Part shown: positions 6,281 to 14,312 of the stretch, one piece after another | Position numbering within the stretch: position 1 is the first letter of the stretch | How the letters are laid out: every line of letters begins with the position of its first letter | Origin: Candidatus Micrarchaeota archaeon | GTDB taxonomy: Archaea > Micrarchaeota > Micrarchaeia > Anstonellales > Bilamarchaeaceae | Direction of reading: 5' to 3' | NCBI GenBank assembly: GCA_043827025.1 | Contig: JBDRPL010000035.1 | Span: 1 to 20,435, forward strand | DNA length: 20,435 nt | Notes under the pieces: generated by a model | What the model was told of the DNA's origin: nothing | What the model saw: the letters and a program-made list of their open reading frames with translations, nothing else | The model's database searches: none | Translations under genes and position numbers: made by a program

Positions 6281-6829
6281 ATGAAAACAAAACTGCTTGC
6301 AATTTTTATAGTTCTATTTTTTTTAATGGGCTGTGCAACCCTTGGACTGAAAAATAAGGAGAGTTGCAACCAAATCATTGTGAATGGACCAAGCGGACCT
6401 GAAAGCAGGTTTGCAACCACGGGAGAAAAAATAGTTTGCTACCGCGAAGCAGCAGTTGCAATTGCATACGCAGCAGGCGGAGCAAACGCGGAAAAGACAT
6501 GTGATGAGATAAAGAGCTGGTCAGCAGATCAGGATTATGGATATCTTGCGAGATCATATGCAAACTTCTGCTACAATGATGTTGCAATAATAACTGCCAA
6601 AAAAGAGAATGCTGAATTCAGCAGAAGATTATGCGATAAGATTGAACCGCAAACAATATTTACTGGAATAACAAGCGGAGGGTCAGTCACAAAACAGATA
6701 TGTGAAAGAAAGGTAGAGGCAAAAATAAAAAGCGACCCGGAAGATTACCTGTCCAGGCCCAACAACATATGTTCGCTTATTTTTATAGCACCATTTACAT
6801 TATTGCTTCTCTGTATCCATAAGCTCTAA
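6281..6829 (+). CDS. Putative Cys-rich lipoprotein with C-terminal hydrophobic anchor
   Basis: MKTKLLAIFIVLFFLMG|C lipobox-type signal, repeated CxxI...CY...A motifs, C-terminal CSLIFIAPFTLLLLC. Start at 6281 (AGGGA upstream) or 6263 (ATGA overlap with tbp stop). The 6182 start overlaps tbp and is unlikely. Confidence 0.75.
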   Translation: MKTKLLAIFIVLFFLMGCATLGLKNKESCNQIIVNGPSGPESRFATTGEKIVCYREAAVAIAYAAGGANAEKTCDEIKSWSADQDYGYLARSYANFCYNDVAIITAKKENAEFSRRLCDKIEPQTIFTGITSGGSVTKQICERKVEAKIKSDPEDYLSRPNNICSLIFIAPFTLLLLCIHKL

Positions 6830-7093
6830 GGCTTTTTTTACACTCATGCCTTCGCGTATGCCCAAGTCTTCAGCCCAGGTAGTTGTCTCGCGAATCTTTG
6901 CCTTCATGAAGTCATCAATATTCTTGACTCCTGAAACAAATGCCGCAACATCACCTACCTTTTCTGCTGTGTCCTTGTCAATATAGCTGCAAGCAATATA
7001 GCCGTTTTTTGCCTTCACGACAATCAATGGGAGATTCCCCAAATTTCCCTTTAAAGTAGCATATATTCTACCGTCAAAGTGAAATTCATCCAC
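6800..7093 (-). CDS. DUF1805/YunC family protein
   Basis: PLIVVKAKNGYIACSYID..AEKVGDVAAFVSGVK..DDFMKAKI...A..LGI..GM...ALE pattern. GTG start at 7093 overlaps the rps26e stop (TAGTG), with GGGGTG SD at 7101-7106. Confidence 0.85.
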   Translation of the reverse strand: MDEFHFDGRIYATLKGNLGNLPLIVVKAKNGYIACSYIDKDTAEKVGDVAAFVSGVKNIDDFMKAKIRETTTWAEDLGIREGMSVKKALELMDTEKQ

Positions 7094-7350
7094 TAGAAAA
7101 CACCCCGTTTCCTTTCGTTCTGCCTTTTTATCTTTTCCAAGATTCCCCTGTGCTTCGCACAGCCCAAACAATACCAGGCATCAACGACTATGGATTGTGT
7201 GACGTTATCACCTGTCCTTAAATCAGTACTGAAAAAAGATTTCTTTGAGTACTCTACACCTCTGTGTCTAGGAAACGAACGTCCGCAACCTTCACAGCTT
7301 TCCAATCTTTCTCTTCCCCTGCTTTTTCTTCCTTTTCTACTTTGTCCCAT
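7093..7350 (-). CDS. rps26e: 30S ribosomal protein eS26 (S26e)-like zinc-finger protein
   Basis: Basic N-terminus RKGRKSRGR, CEGCGRSFPRHR, then YCLGCAKHRGI...ER, matching S26e motifs CxxCGxxxPxDK and YCxxCAxHxxI. Confidence 0.82.
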   Translation of the reverse strand: MGQSRKGRKSRGRERLESCEGCGRSFPRHRGVEYSKKSFFSTDLRTGDNVTQSIVVDAWYCLGCAKHRGILEKIKRQNERKRGVF

Positions 7351-8074
7351 TTGTTATCAACTCATTAATATTTTTCAATTCACCGAAACAAACTCCATCC
7401 ATCCCATATAATATAGCATGTTCCCATTTAAATAATTTATTCTCAAATAGTGGCCCAAGGTGTTCATCACCAGGGTGTTTAAGGGATTTTCCAACCAAAA
7501 CATTGAAAGATGGCATTAATATGAGTTTTATTTTTTCATTGAAAATCCCATAACGTTTTGAAATTGCCTCCTTATTCGCATTAAGTACTGCCCATATTTT
7601 CCTGACGTGAGTTTTGTTTCTGTCATGGAAATCAAATTGGATGTGCTGGTGCGCTGAGATAAGATAATCGCACTGCATTAATTCTTCCGAAGGAAACGCA
7701 TGGCCATGTATTAATCCCAGGCCCTCGTAAACGAAACCTGCTGGCGGAATTACCTTGATGTTTGGAGCTGCTTCTATGCCGCCATCATGATTGCCTTTCA
7801 CAACAATTACCTCGACAACATCTGAAAGACCAGAAAGAATTTTTCTTGTGGTTTCATCAACAGACAATATGTTGTCCTTGACATCTCCGAGAATTATCAA
7901 CTTGTTTGAATTGGTTTTCTTGATTAAAAATTTTATTTTATCAGCAAGCATTACACTAATGTCGTTCTGCCTTATGCCTTTTCTCGCCATTTTATCTTCG
8001 ATGCCGAAATGCGTGTCCCCTATGATAAGTGCTCCTTTGTGACAAATAGCAGGCTCTTCATACAGGAAACGCAT
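7337..8074 (-). CDS. Calcineurin-like metallophosphoesterase (archaeal COG1407-type)
   Basis: GDTHFG, LGDVK, KGNHDG, HGH, AHQH, MPSFN motifs. TTTTATAT about 25 nt upstream suggests a leaderless transcript. Confidence 0.9.
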   Translation of the reverse strand: MRFLYEEPAICHKGALIIGDTHFGIEDKMARKGIRQNDISVMLADKIKFLIKKTNSNKLIILGDVKDNILSVDETTRKILSGLSDVVEVIVVKGNHDGGIEAAPNIKVIPPAGFVYEGLGLIHGHAFPSEELMQCDYLISAHQHIQFDFHDRNKTHVRKIWAVLNANKEAISKRYGIFNEKIKLILMPSFNVLVGKSLKHPGDEHLGPLFENKLFKWEHAILYGMDGVCFGELKNINELITNGTK

Positions 8075-8114
8075 AACAAAGAATTATAAAAAAAGAAATA
8101 TAAAAATAGAGAGG

Positions 8115-8819
8115 TTATTCTCCAAGTGCTTTCAAATAGGCGATTTGCGCCTTCACCAGCTCAGGCATATCTGCTTTGCTGACAAGCTCGCATGTCTTTT
8201 CAAGTCTTTTTGGATCCGCCTTCACACCTAATGAATCCAATACAGGCACAACATTTGCAGGAGAGATTTCTTTTTTCAACCCATAGCATAAAATGGTTGC
8301 ATGCATATACGGATCAAATGATTCCCTTACCCCATACTTATTGAGGAAATCAATTATTGGCTTCTTCATCGGAGGCGAAGTTTCCTTACCAGGACCCATG
8401 CTTTTCTCCATAGCCTCAATCATTGCCTTGAACTGCTTGAAAGCGCTTGCAGCCATGCCAAGCATGATGAACATACTGTATTGATCCACACCGATCTTCA
8501 GCGATTCATCATTATATTCGGGAGCCTTGGCAGCCAGAGGGTTTTTGTATCCCTTCTTTGCAGGAGCCAGCACCTTTTTGATGTTGTCATCGAAACCCAT
8601 CTCGTTGTAAAGGCCAATAACCGCGGCTGCTGCTTTCTTTTCACCTGATGATGCTTTTTGTCCAGCAGATGATTCCATAAGATTGATTAACGAGGATTCG
8701 TCAACCTTCATTCCCATCGCATGCAAAAGAGCCAAGCCTTCAGCAAAAGGATCTACCTTGCCTTCCTGGATTATACCCATTATATACCCCATAACTTCTG
8801 ATCCATCTTTAGATCCCAT
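8115..8819 (-). CDS. Hypothetical 234-aa protein with two ribosomal P-stalk (aP1/L12p, P2) N-terminal-like domains
   Basis: Strong SD GGTGA. Residues 169-225 align without gaps, by eye, to the aP1/P2 dimerisation domain; residues 23-80 are a weaker copy. Confidence refers to the domain call; the CDS itself is very likely real. Confidence 0.65.
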   Translation of the reverse strand: MGSKDGSEVMGYIMGIIQEGKVDPFAEGLALLHAMGMKVDESSLINLMESSAGQKASSGEKKAAAAVIGLYNEMGFDDNIKKVLAPAKKGYKNPLAAKAPEYNDESLKIGVDQYSMFIMLGMAASAFKQFKAMIEAMEKSMGPGKETSPPMKKPIIDFLNKYGVRESFDPYMHATILCYGLKKEISPANVVPVLDSLGVKADPKRLEKTCELVSKADMPELVKAQIAYLKALGE

Positions 8820-8917
8820 AAACTCACCGCAAAGTATTCTTCAATAAGGATTAAGAATGTTAAGTAAAAACACGAAACCAAATAAAGCAAACCCAACAAA
8901 ACAAAATTGGTTTGGGA

Positions 8918-10759
8918 ATGACAAAAGACATATATTTCAGGCACACGACAATACGCCAGCACCAGAAGGAATTACTCAAAGACATCTATGATGCTATCAA
9001 TGAGGGGAAAAACCTTCTTGCGCATGCCCCAGTTGGTTTAGGAAAAACAGATTCTGCAATAGGCGCAGCACTCACCCAGGCCATGGAAAATGACCTGACT
9101 GTCTTCTTTCTGACTCCGAAGATATCCCAGCACAGGATTGCCGTAGAAGTTGCACAGGGAATTGCGAAAAAATACGAATTAGATTTAAAGTGCCTTGACC
9201 TTGTGGGAAGAAGATACACCTGCATTGACCCGACGCTGTCTGAGTTGGACCATGACGGATTTTACCAAAGCTGTGAAAGGAAAAGAAAAAGAGAAGAATG
9301 CATGTTCTATGGAAATGCCAAGGGATATGGAAAGTTGGGGGAAGCAAAGGCCAATCACAATTTCAGGAAAATGCTTGAAGAATATGGAGCAGGGAAAAAA
9401 CACAACGAACTGATAGCTCTGGGAGAAAAACATTCCTGCTGTCCTTATGAATGGATGACTAAACTTGGAAGTGTGTCGCGCATCATAATCGCTGACTACT
9501 TTCACTTGATGATACCCAGGATAAGGGAGATATTCCTGAAGAAAGCAGGGAAGAAAATGGAAAATTCAATAGTAATAATAGATGAGGCTCATAACCTCTC
9601 GAAAAGAATACGTGAACAGCTGTCAAGCAGCATAAATTCAATAATTCTTATGAGGGCCACCAAGGAGATAAAGATGCTTGGCGGAGAAACCACAAACATC
9701 GAATCCCAGTTCACAAAATGGGTTGGCGAATCAATGAAACATGCGAATGAAAGGCTTGTGTCAAAAGACGAATTCAATGTCTTCCTCTCTAATTTTGAAA
9801 TGACCTATGAGGACCTTGCGAATCATTTTGAAGCAATGGGCGTTGAATTCGTTGAAAAGACCAACAAAAAAAGCGCCTGTTTGAGATTCGCTAATTTCAT
9901 CAAGAGATGGCAAGAAGAAGAGATAGGAAGTGTGAGGATACTTAGGAAAAACGGTGAGTACTTGTCACTTGCCAAAAGATTCCTTGACTCGTCTCCTGCG
10001 ACAAAAATACTCAATGATGCCCATTCATCAATATTAATGAGCGGAACCCTTCTTCCGCTTGAGATGCACAGGGATGTGATAGGCCTTGATACTGAAAAGA
10101 CAGAAATGAAGAAATACAAATCCCCTTTTGACAGGGAGAATACTATAAACATCGTCGTAGATGGAACTACAACAAGATATTCCCAAAGAAATTTCGCGAA
10201 TTACCAGATAATGGCGAATAAAATAGATAAGATAATAGGCAAGACACCTGGAGGGGTGGCAGTCTACTTTCCCTCATACGCTGTAATGAACAATGTCATG
10301 CCAATGATAAAATCAAGGAACTTACACGTACAAAGAGAAAAGATGAACCCAAAAGAAACACTTGAGCTCATACGCAGATTCAGCGCAGGAGGAGTGTTGT
10401 GCGGAGTACAAGGAGGCTCAATTTCAGAAGGCGTGGATTTCTGCAACGGGGAAATAAAAACAGTGATAGTTGTCGGGATAGCACTTGAAGAAATGGATAC
10501 CGAGGTAAAATCACTCATAGATTACTACCAAGACAAATTCGGCAAGGGATGGGAATATGGATATATTTTCCCAGGGATAATAAAGGCGCTTCAGGCAGCT
10601 GGAAGAAGCATACGCAAAGAAACGGACATGTCAGCAATAGTTTTCATGGACGAACGCTTCAAATGGAGCAATTATAAAAAAGCCATGGGCGACATCAGAT
10701 TCGTCTCGACCCTTGAGCCTGAAAAGTATGTCGAGGGATTTTTCAAAAGCAGGGAATAG
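8918..10759 (+). CDS. xpd: XPD/Rad3-family Fe-S cluster SF2 DNA helicase
   Basis: Q motif RQHQ, Walker A APVGLGKT, Cys cluster (TC..SC..EC..CCPY), IIDEAHNL, MSGT, SEGVDF, QAAGRSIR. ATG at 8918. Confidence 0.92.
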   Translation: MTKDIYFRHTTIRQHQKELLKDIYDAINEGKNLLAHAPVGLGKTDSAIGAALTQAMENDLTVFFLTPKISQHRIAVEVAQGIAKKYELDLKCLDLVGRRYTCIDPTLSELDHDGFYQSCERKRKREECMFYGNAKGYGKLGEAKANHNFRKMLEEYGAGKKHNELIALGEKHSCCPYEWMTKLGSVSRIIIADYFHLMIPRIREIFLKKAGKKMENSIVIIDEAHNLSKRIREQLSSSINSIILMRATKEIKMLGGETTNIESQFTKWVGESMKHANERLVSKDEFNVFLSNFEMTYEDLANHFEAMGVEFVEKTNKKSACLRFANFIKRWQEEEIGSVRILRKNGEYLSLAKRFLDSSPATKILNDAHSSILMSGTLLPLEMHRDVIGLDTEKTEMKKYKSPFDRENTINIVVDGTTTRYSQRNFANYQIMANKIDKIIGKTPGGVAVYFPSYAVMNNVMPMIKSRNLHVQREKMNPKETLELIRRFSAGGVLCGVQGGSISEGVDFCNGEIKTVIVVGIALEEMDTEVKSLIDYYQDKFGKGWEYGYIFPGIIKALQAAGRSIRKETDMSAIVFMDERFKWSNYKKAMGDIRFVSTLEPEKYVEGFFKSRE

Positions 10760-10811
10760 AAAGGTAATTAAATTTTCGTTATATAATGCACATGTTTTGA
10801 AAGGCGATGAT

Positions 10812-11315
10812 ATGAGAAAAATAATTGTTGGGGTTATGGGGCCTGGCAAAAATGCATCGAAAAAAGATATTGACAATTCATTTCAGCTTGGCCGATTGAT
10901 AGCCCGAAAAGGATGGATTCTCCTGAGCGGAGGAAGAAACGAAGGGGTGATGGATGCTGTCAACAAAGGCGCCAGAGAATCGAATGGCCTGACAATAGGG
11001 ATTATGCCAACATCAGACCCTAAAACGTTTTCTGAAAGCGTGGATATAGCCATCATCACGGATATGAAAAGCGCCAGAAACAACATCAACGTCTTATCAA
11101 GCAATATTGTTATTGCATGCGGGATGGGCGTAGGAACTGCCTCAGAAGTTGCATTGGCACTCAAAGCAAACAAAAAAGTCATCCTATTGACAGATGATGA
11201 GGATGCCAAGAGATTTTTCAGCAAAATTGGGAATGGAAGGGTGTATCTGGCATCAACACCTACGGAAGCTGTTATATTGGCAGAACAGGCAGTGGTAAGC
11301 CAGATTCATGAATAA
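10812..11315 (+). CDS. LOG/SLOG-family Rossmann-fold nucleotide-binding protein (TIGR00725-like)
   Basis: IVGVMG, LGRLIA, SGG..GVMDAVNKGA, TIGIMP, ARNNINVLSS, GxGTASE. ATG 10812 preceded by AGGCGA and a TTATATAA box near 10779. Confidence 0.88.
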   Translation: MRKIIVGVMGPGKNASKKDIDNSFQLGRLIARKGWILLSGGRNEGVMDAVNKGARESNGLTIGIMPTSDPKTFSESVDIAIITDMKSARNNINVLSSNIVIACGMGVGTASEVALALKANKKVILLTDDEDAKRFFSKIGNGRVYLASTPTEAVILAEQAVVSQIHE

Positions 11316-11377
11316 GAATCAGCAAACGGGCAACAATCCAAAACAATATAAAATAATTCTCTTAAACAGTAATCCAT

Positions 11378-12559
11378 ATGCTTCTAACTGAAAAATACCG
11401 GCCTAAAAAAATCGATGACCTCATAGGCAATGACGAGGCCAGATCTAAAATAAAGCAGTGGATATTGAACTGGATAAAGGGGAACAAACGAAAGCCATTG
11501 CTTGTTTATGGACCTCCAGGCACCGGGAAGACAACGATCCCATATGCACTGAAAAACGAATTTGAGCTTGATATAGTTGAAATGAGCGGCAACACACTTC
11601 GCGACAAGAAACGAATAGATAAGATACTTGGCGGAGCCACGCTTGCAATGTCCATTTTTGAAAAGATGACAATAATTCTGATAGATGATATCGACATATT
11701 GACTAGGAATGACCGCGGAGCAATCGGAGAGATAACCAAATACCTCAAGGACAAACGAAAACCCATACTGCTCACAGCAGGAGATGCATGGAACAAGAAG
11801 CTGGCTCCGATAAGGACAGAATGCGAACTCATTCAAATGAAAAGGATAAACAAGTCCTCCATAGCCAAACTGCTCACCCAAATTGCTAAACAAGAGAAGA
11901 TAGATGAGGAATGCATACCTGAGATAGCAGAAAACTGCAACGGAGATGTGAGAAGCGCGATAAATGATTTGCATGCAAGGCACAGCGGCCTGCGGGATGT
12001 GAACCAAGATATATTTCAAAGAGTAAGGGACATATTCAAGGCAAGCAATTATAAGGAAGCAAAAAAGGCAGTGAGCGGAGATATCGATTACAATCTGATA
12101 AAACTCTGGATAGATGAAAACATACCAAATGAATATTCTGACAAGGCAGACCTTGCGAATGCTTACAATTATTTGTCAAGGGCAGACATATTTGAAGGAA
12201 GGATAAAGAATTCCACATGGGGCTACTTGAAATACGTCATAGACCTTTCAACCATCGGGGTGAGCCTTGCGAAGAAAGAAGTCTACAGGAAATTCACTAA
12301 ATACGAATTCCCGAAATACCTGAAATACATGTCGCAATCAATTCAAAGAAGGGCTCTGCTTAAGGCAATAGGCACTAAGATAGGAAAGGTAACCCACACC
12401 AATAGGAAAGATGCCCTGAACTATCTTCCCTTAATACAGGAGCTTGGAAAATCAAAGGAGAACCAGGATGGACTGATGAACTTGTATCTATTCGAAGAAG
12501 AAGAACTGGCATTCATACTTGAGACTTCTGTTAGCAGGATAAAAAAGACACTGGACTAG
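11378..12559 (+). CDS. rfcL: Replication factor C large subunit
   Basis: TEKYRPK, GPPGTGKT, GDVRSAINDL, WIDENIP, LSRADIF.GR motifs. Confidence 0.93.
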   Translation: MLLTEKYRPKKIDDLIGNDEARSKIKQWILNWIKGNKRKPLLVYGPPGTGKTTIPYALKNEFELDIVEMSGNTLRDKKRIDKILGGATLAMSIFEKMTIILIDDIDILTRNDRGAIGEITKYLKDKRKPILLTAGDAWNKKLAPIRTECELIQMKRINKSSIAKLLTQIAKQEKIDEECIPEIAENCNGDVRSAINDLHARHSGLRDVNQDIFQRVRDIFKASNYKEAKKAVSGDIDYNLIKLWIDENIPNEYSDKADLANAYNYLSRADIFEGRIKNSTWGYLKYVIDLSTIGVSLAKKEVYRKFTKYEFPKYLKYMSQSIQRRALLKAIGTKIGKVTHTNRKDALNYLPLIQELGKSKENQDGLMNLYLFEEEELAFILETSVSRIKKTLD

Positions 12560-12560
12560 A

Positions 12561-14312
12561 TCATTTCTTAGAGATTATTTTCTGAACCTCAGCAGGATCA
12601 ACCTGCAAACGGTACTGTGCCATTACCTCTGCCATTGATTTTCCGCTTACAAGTTTCTTTAGTTCTGCTCCGGTAATTTTACCAAGCCCACCTTTTTCAA
12701 CTGCCTCGCTTATTGTTTGACCTTTTGAGATGCCCTTGAGAACTTCAGGAATCGCTGCCTTCACGAATTTGCCTTTCTCATATGCATCGAAAACATCTGT
12801 CAGCACAACCTCAAGTTCAGCAAACTCAACTCCTTCCCTTCTAAGGGAAACAATCGTATTCTCAAGAGTTGTTGCAACAAGCATCGGGTCTGATTTCTTT
12901 GCGAGTTTTTCGAACAAGGAAAGGTTCCTTGATTTAAGCATAACTGCTGCCATTTCCTTGTTAAGCATCTTCTCCAGCCTTCCCTTCTTTTGCTCAAGAG
13001 ATTCGCTCATCTCAATCTGTAAAAGAAGCTGTTTGTCAACTGTGATTATCGGAATATCAGTTTCAGGATACAACCTTGCCCTTCCTGGAAGCGGGCGCAT
13101 ATAGGTTGTCGTTCCATCCTGATTCGCCCTTCTTGTTTCTTCTGGAACCGGGCCCAGGCCTATTCGCTTTATCACATTCTGCAAAGCATTCCTTGCAATT
13201 TCCTTGTTTGCCAACACCATTGCAAATGCATCATTGCCCTTCATGCCAAGCCTGCTTCTCAAACCTGAGATCTCCTGCTCAGAAAATTGATATTTAGAAA
13301 GATCTTCATCGCTATGGATGATGCCTTTGACGCCTGCTGTTTTTGCATATTCGGAAAGTTCTGTGCCAAATCGTTTTCCAGGCTGTATTTCCGTTCCGGG
13401 AATGCCTTTCATATCTGGAAGAAGGATTGCAAGTGCAGATTCTCCTTTTGCCAAACCAGATGCAGCCATTTTGGAATTTGTTTTTGAAAATAGGCTGCTC
13501 ACATCCACGAAATCAACTGCCCGCTTGTCTTTTTTTATCTTCATGTAGATTTGAACGAGCTTGTTCTGCCTCTTTTCCTCGATCTCGACCAATGTCTTAA
13601 GCATCTTCAGATCCTGCGCGCCTTTTATCTCCACTCGCGCACCATTCGGAGTTGAAATATTAACATCCTGCCTTATTGTCCCTAATCCTCTTGCAACCTT
13701 GCCTGTGGCACGAAGCACCATACCTATTTTCTCTGCAACCTCCAACAAATGGTCACCGTCAACGATATCGGGAGTTGTGCTTAATTCTATCAAAGGAACT
13801 CCCAGCCTGTCAAGACGATACGTGGATTTATTCCCTTCACGCCCAACGATTCCTGAACTCTCTTCTTCAATTGAAAAGAACGGAAGTGTTATGTTTCCCT
13901 TGGAAGTTTCAATCGTCCCGTTCATTGCTATCAATGCAGTTCGCTGAAAACCGGATGTGTTGGAGCCATCTATGACTATTTTGCGCATGACATGGATCTC
14001 ATCCACAACCCTTGCACCCAATTGTTTGCAGATTTCAAGCGAAATAAGAAGCGCTTCATTGTTCATGGGGTGAGGCGGTTCTTCATCTGCATCAACAAGG
14101 CAGTCGCAGCTATGGAAACATTGGTATTCATAGGACTTATCCTTGGAGAATTCCTGTTTTGATACTTCATCAATCTCACCCAATTCACTGAGCACAGGAT
14201 GGAGTTTCCTTGAAAGGGAAGTGTCCGGATGTCCCTCTTCACTGATAGATGGGCAACTGCAAAACAATTTATGTGAATCCAAACGTTGATGAATTTCCAG
14301 CCCGATCTTCAT
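12561..14312 (-). CDS. gatE: Glu-tRNA(Gln) amidotransferase subunit E
   Basis: KIGLEIHQRL..KLFC.CP, DEEPPH, MRKIVIDGSNTSGFQRT, RLDRLGVPLIE, RGLGTIRQDVNIS, RPLPGRARLYPETDIP. ATGA overlap with gatD. Confidence 0.97.
   Translation of the reverse strand: MKIGLEIHQRLDSHKLFCSCPSISEEGHPDTSLSRKLHPVLSELGEIDEVSKQEFSKDKSYEYQCFHSCDCLVDADEEPPHPMNNEALLISLEICKQLGARVVDEIHVMRKIVIDGSNTSGFQRTALIAMNGTIETSKGNITLPFFSIEEESSGIVGREGNKSTYRLDRLGVPLIELSTTPDIVDGDHLLEVAEKIGMVLRATGKVARGLGTIRQDVNISTPNGARVEIKGAQDLKMLKTLVEIEEKRQNKLVQIYMKIKKDKRAVDFVDVSSLFSKTNSKMAASGLAKGESALAILLPDMKGIPGTEIQPGKRFGTELSEYAKTAGVKGIIHSDEDLSKYQFSEQEISGLRSRLGMKGNDAFAMVLANKEIARNALQNVIKRIGLGPVPEETRRANQDGTTTYMRPLPGRARLYPETDIPIITVDKQLLLQIEMSESLEQKKGRLEKMLNKEMAAVMLKSRNLSLFEKLAKKSDPMLVATTLENTIVSLRREGVEFAELEVVLTDVFDAYEKGKFVKAAIPEVLKGISKGQTISEAVEKGGLGKITGAELKKLVSGKSMAEVMAQYRLQVDPAEVQKIISKK

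Noticed and set aside
8870..8917. A/C-rich stretch with short CCAA/TTGG inverted matches upstream of xpd
   Set aside because: Stems of 5-7 bp in low-complexity DNA cannot be told from chance.
10812..11315. SLOG/LOG protein next to a helicase as an anti-phage system
   Set aside because: It is a standalone TIGR00725-type protein common in archaea, XPD is a housekeeping repair helicase, and no effector domain is present.
11384..12019. 211-aa antisense ORF inside rfcL, and the many other 60-140 aa antisense or alternate-frame ORFs
   Set aside because: Nested in well-conserved genes, with the F/S/L/C-rich composition expected from reverse-reading coding DNA, and no motifs.
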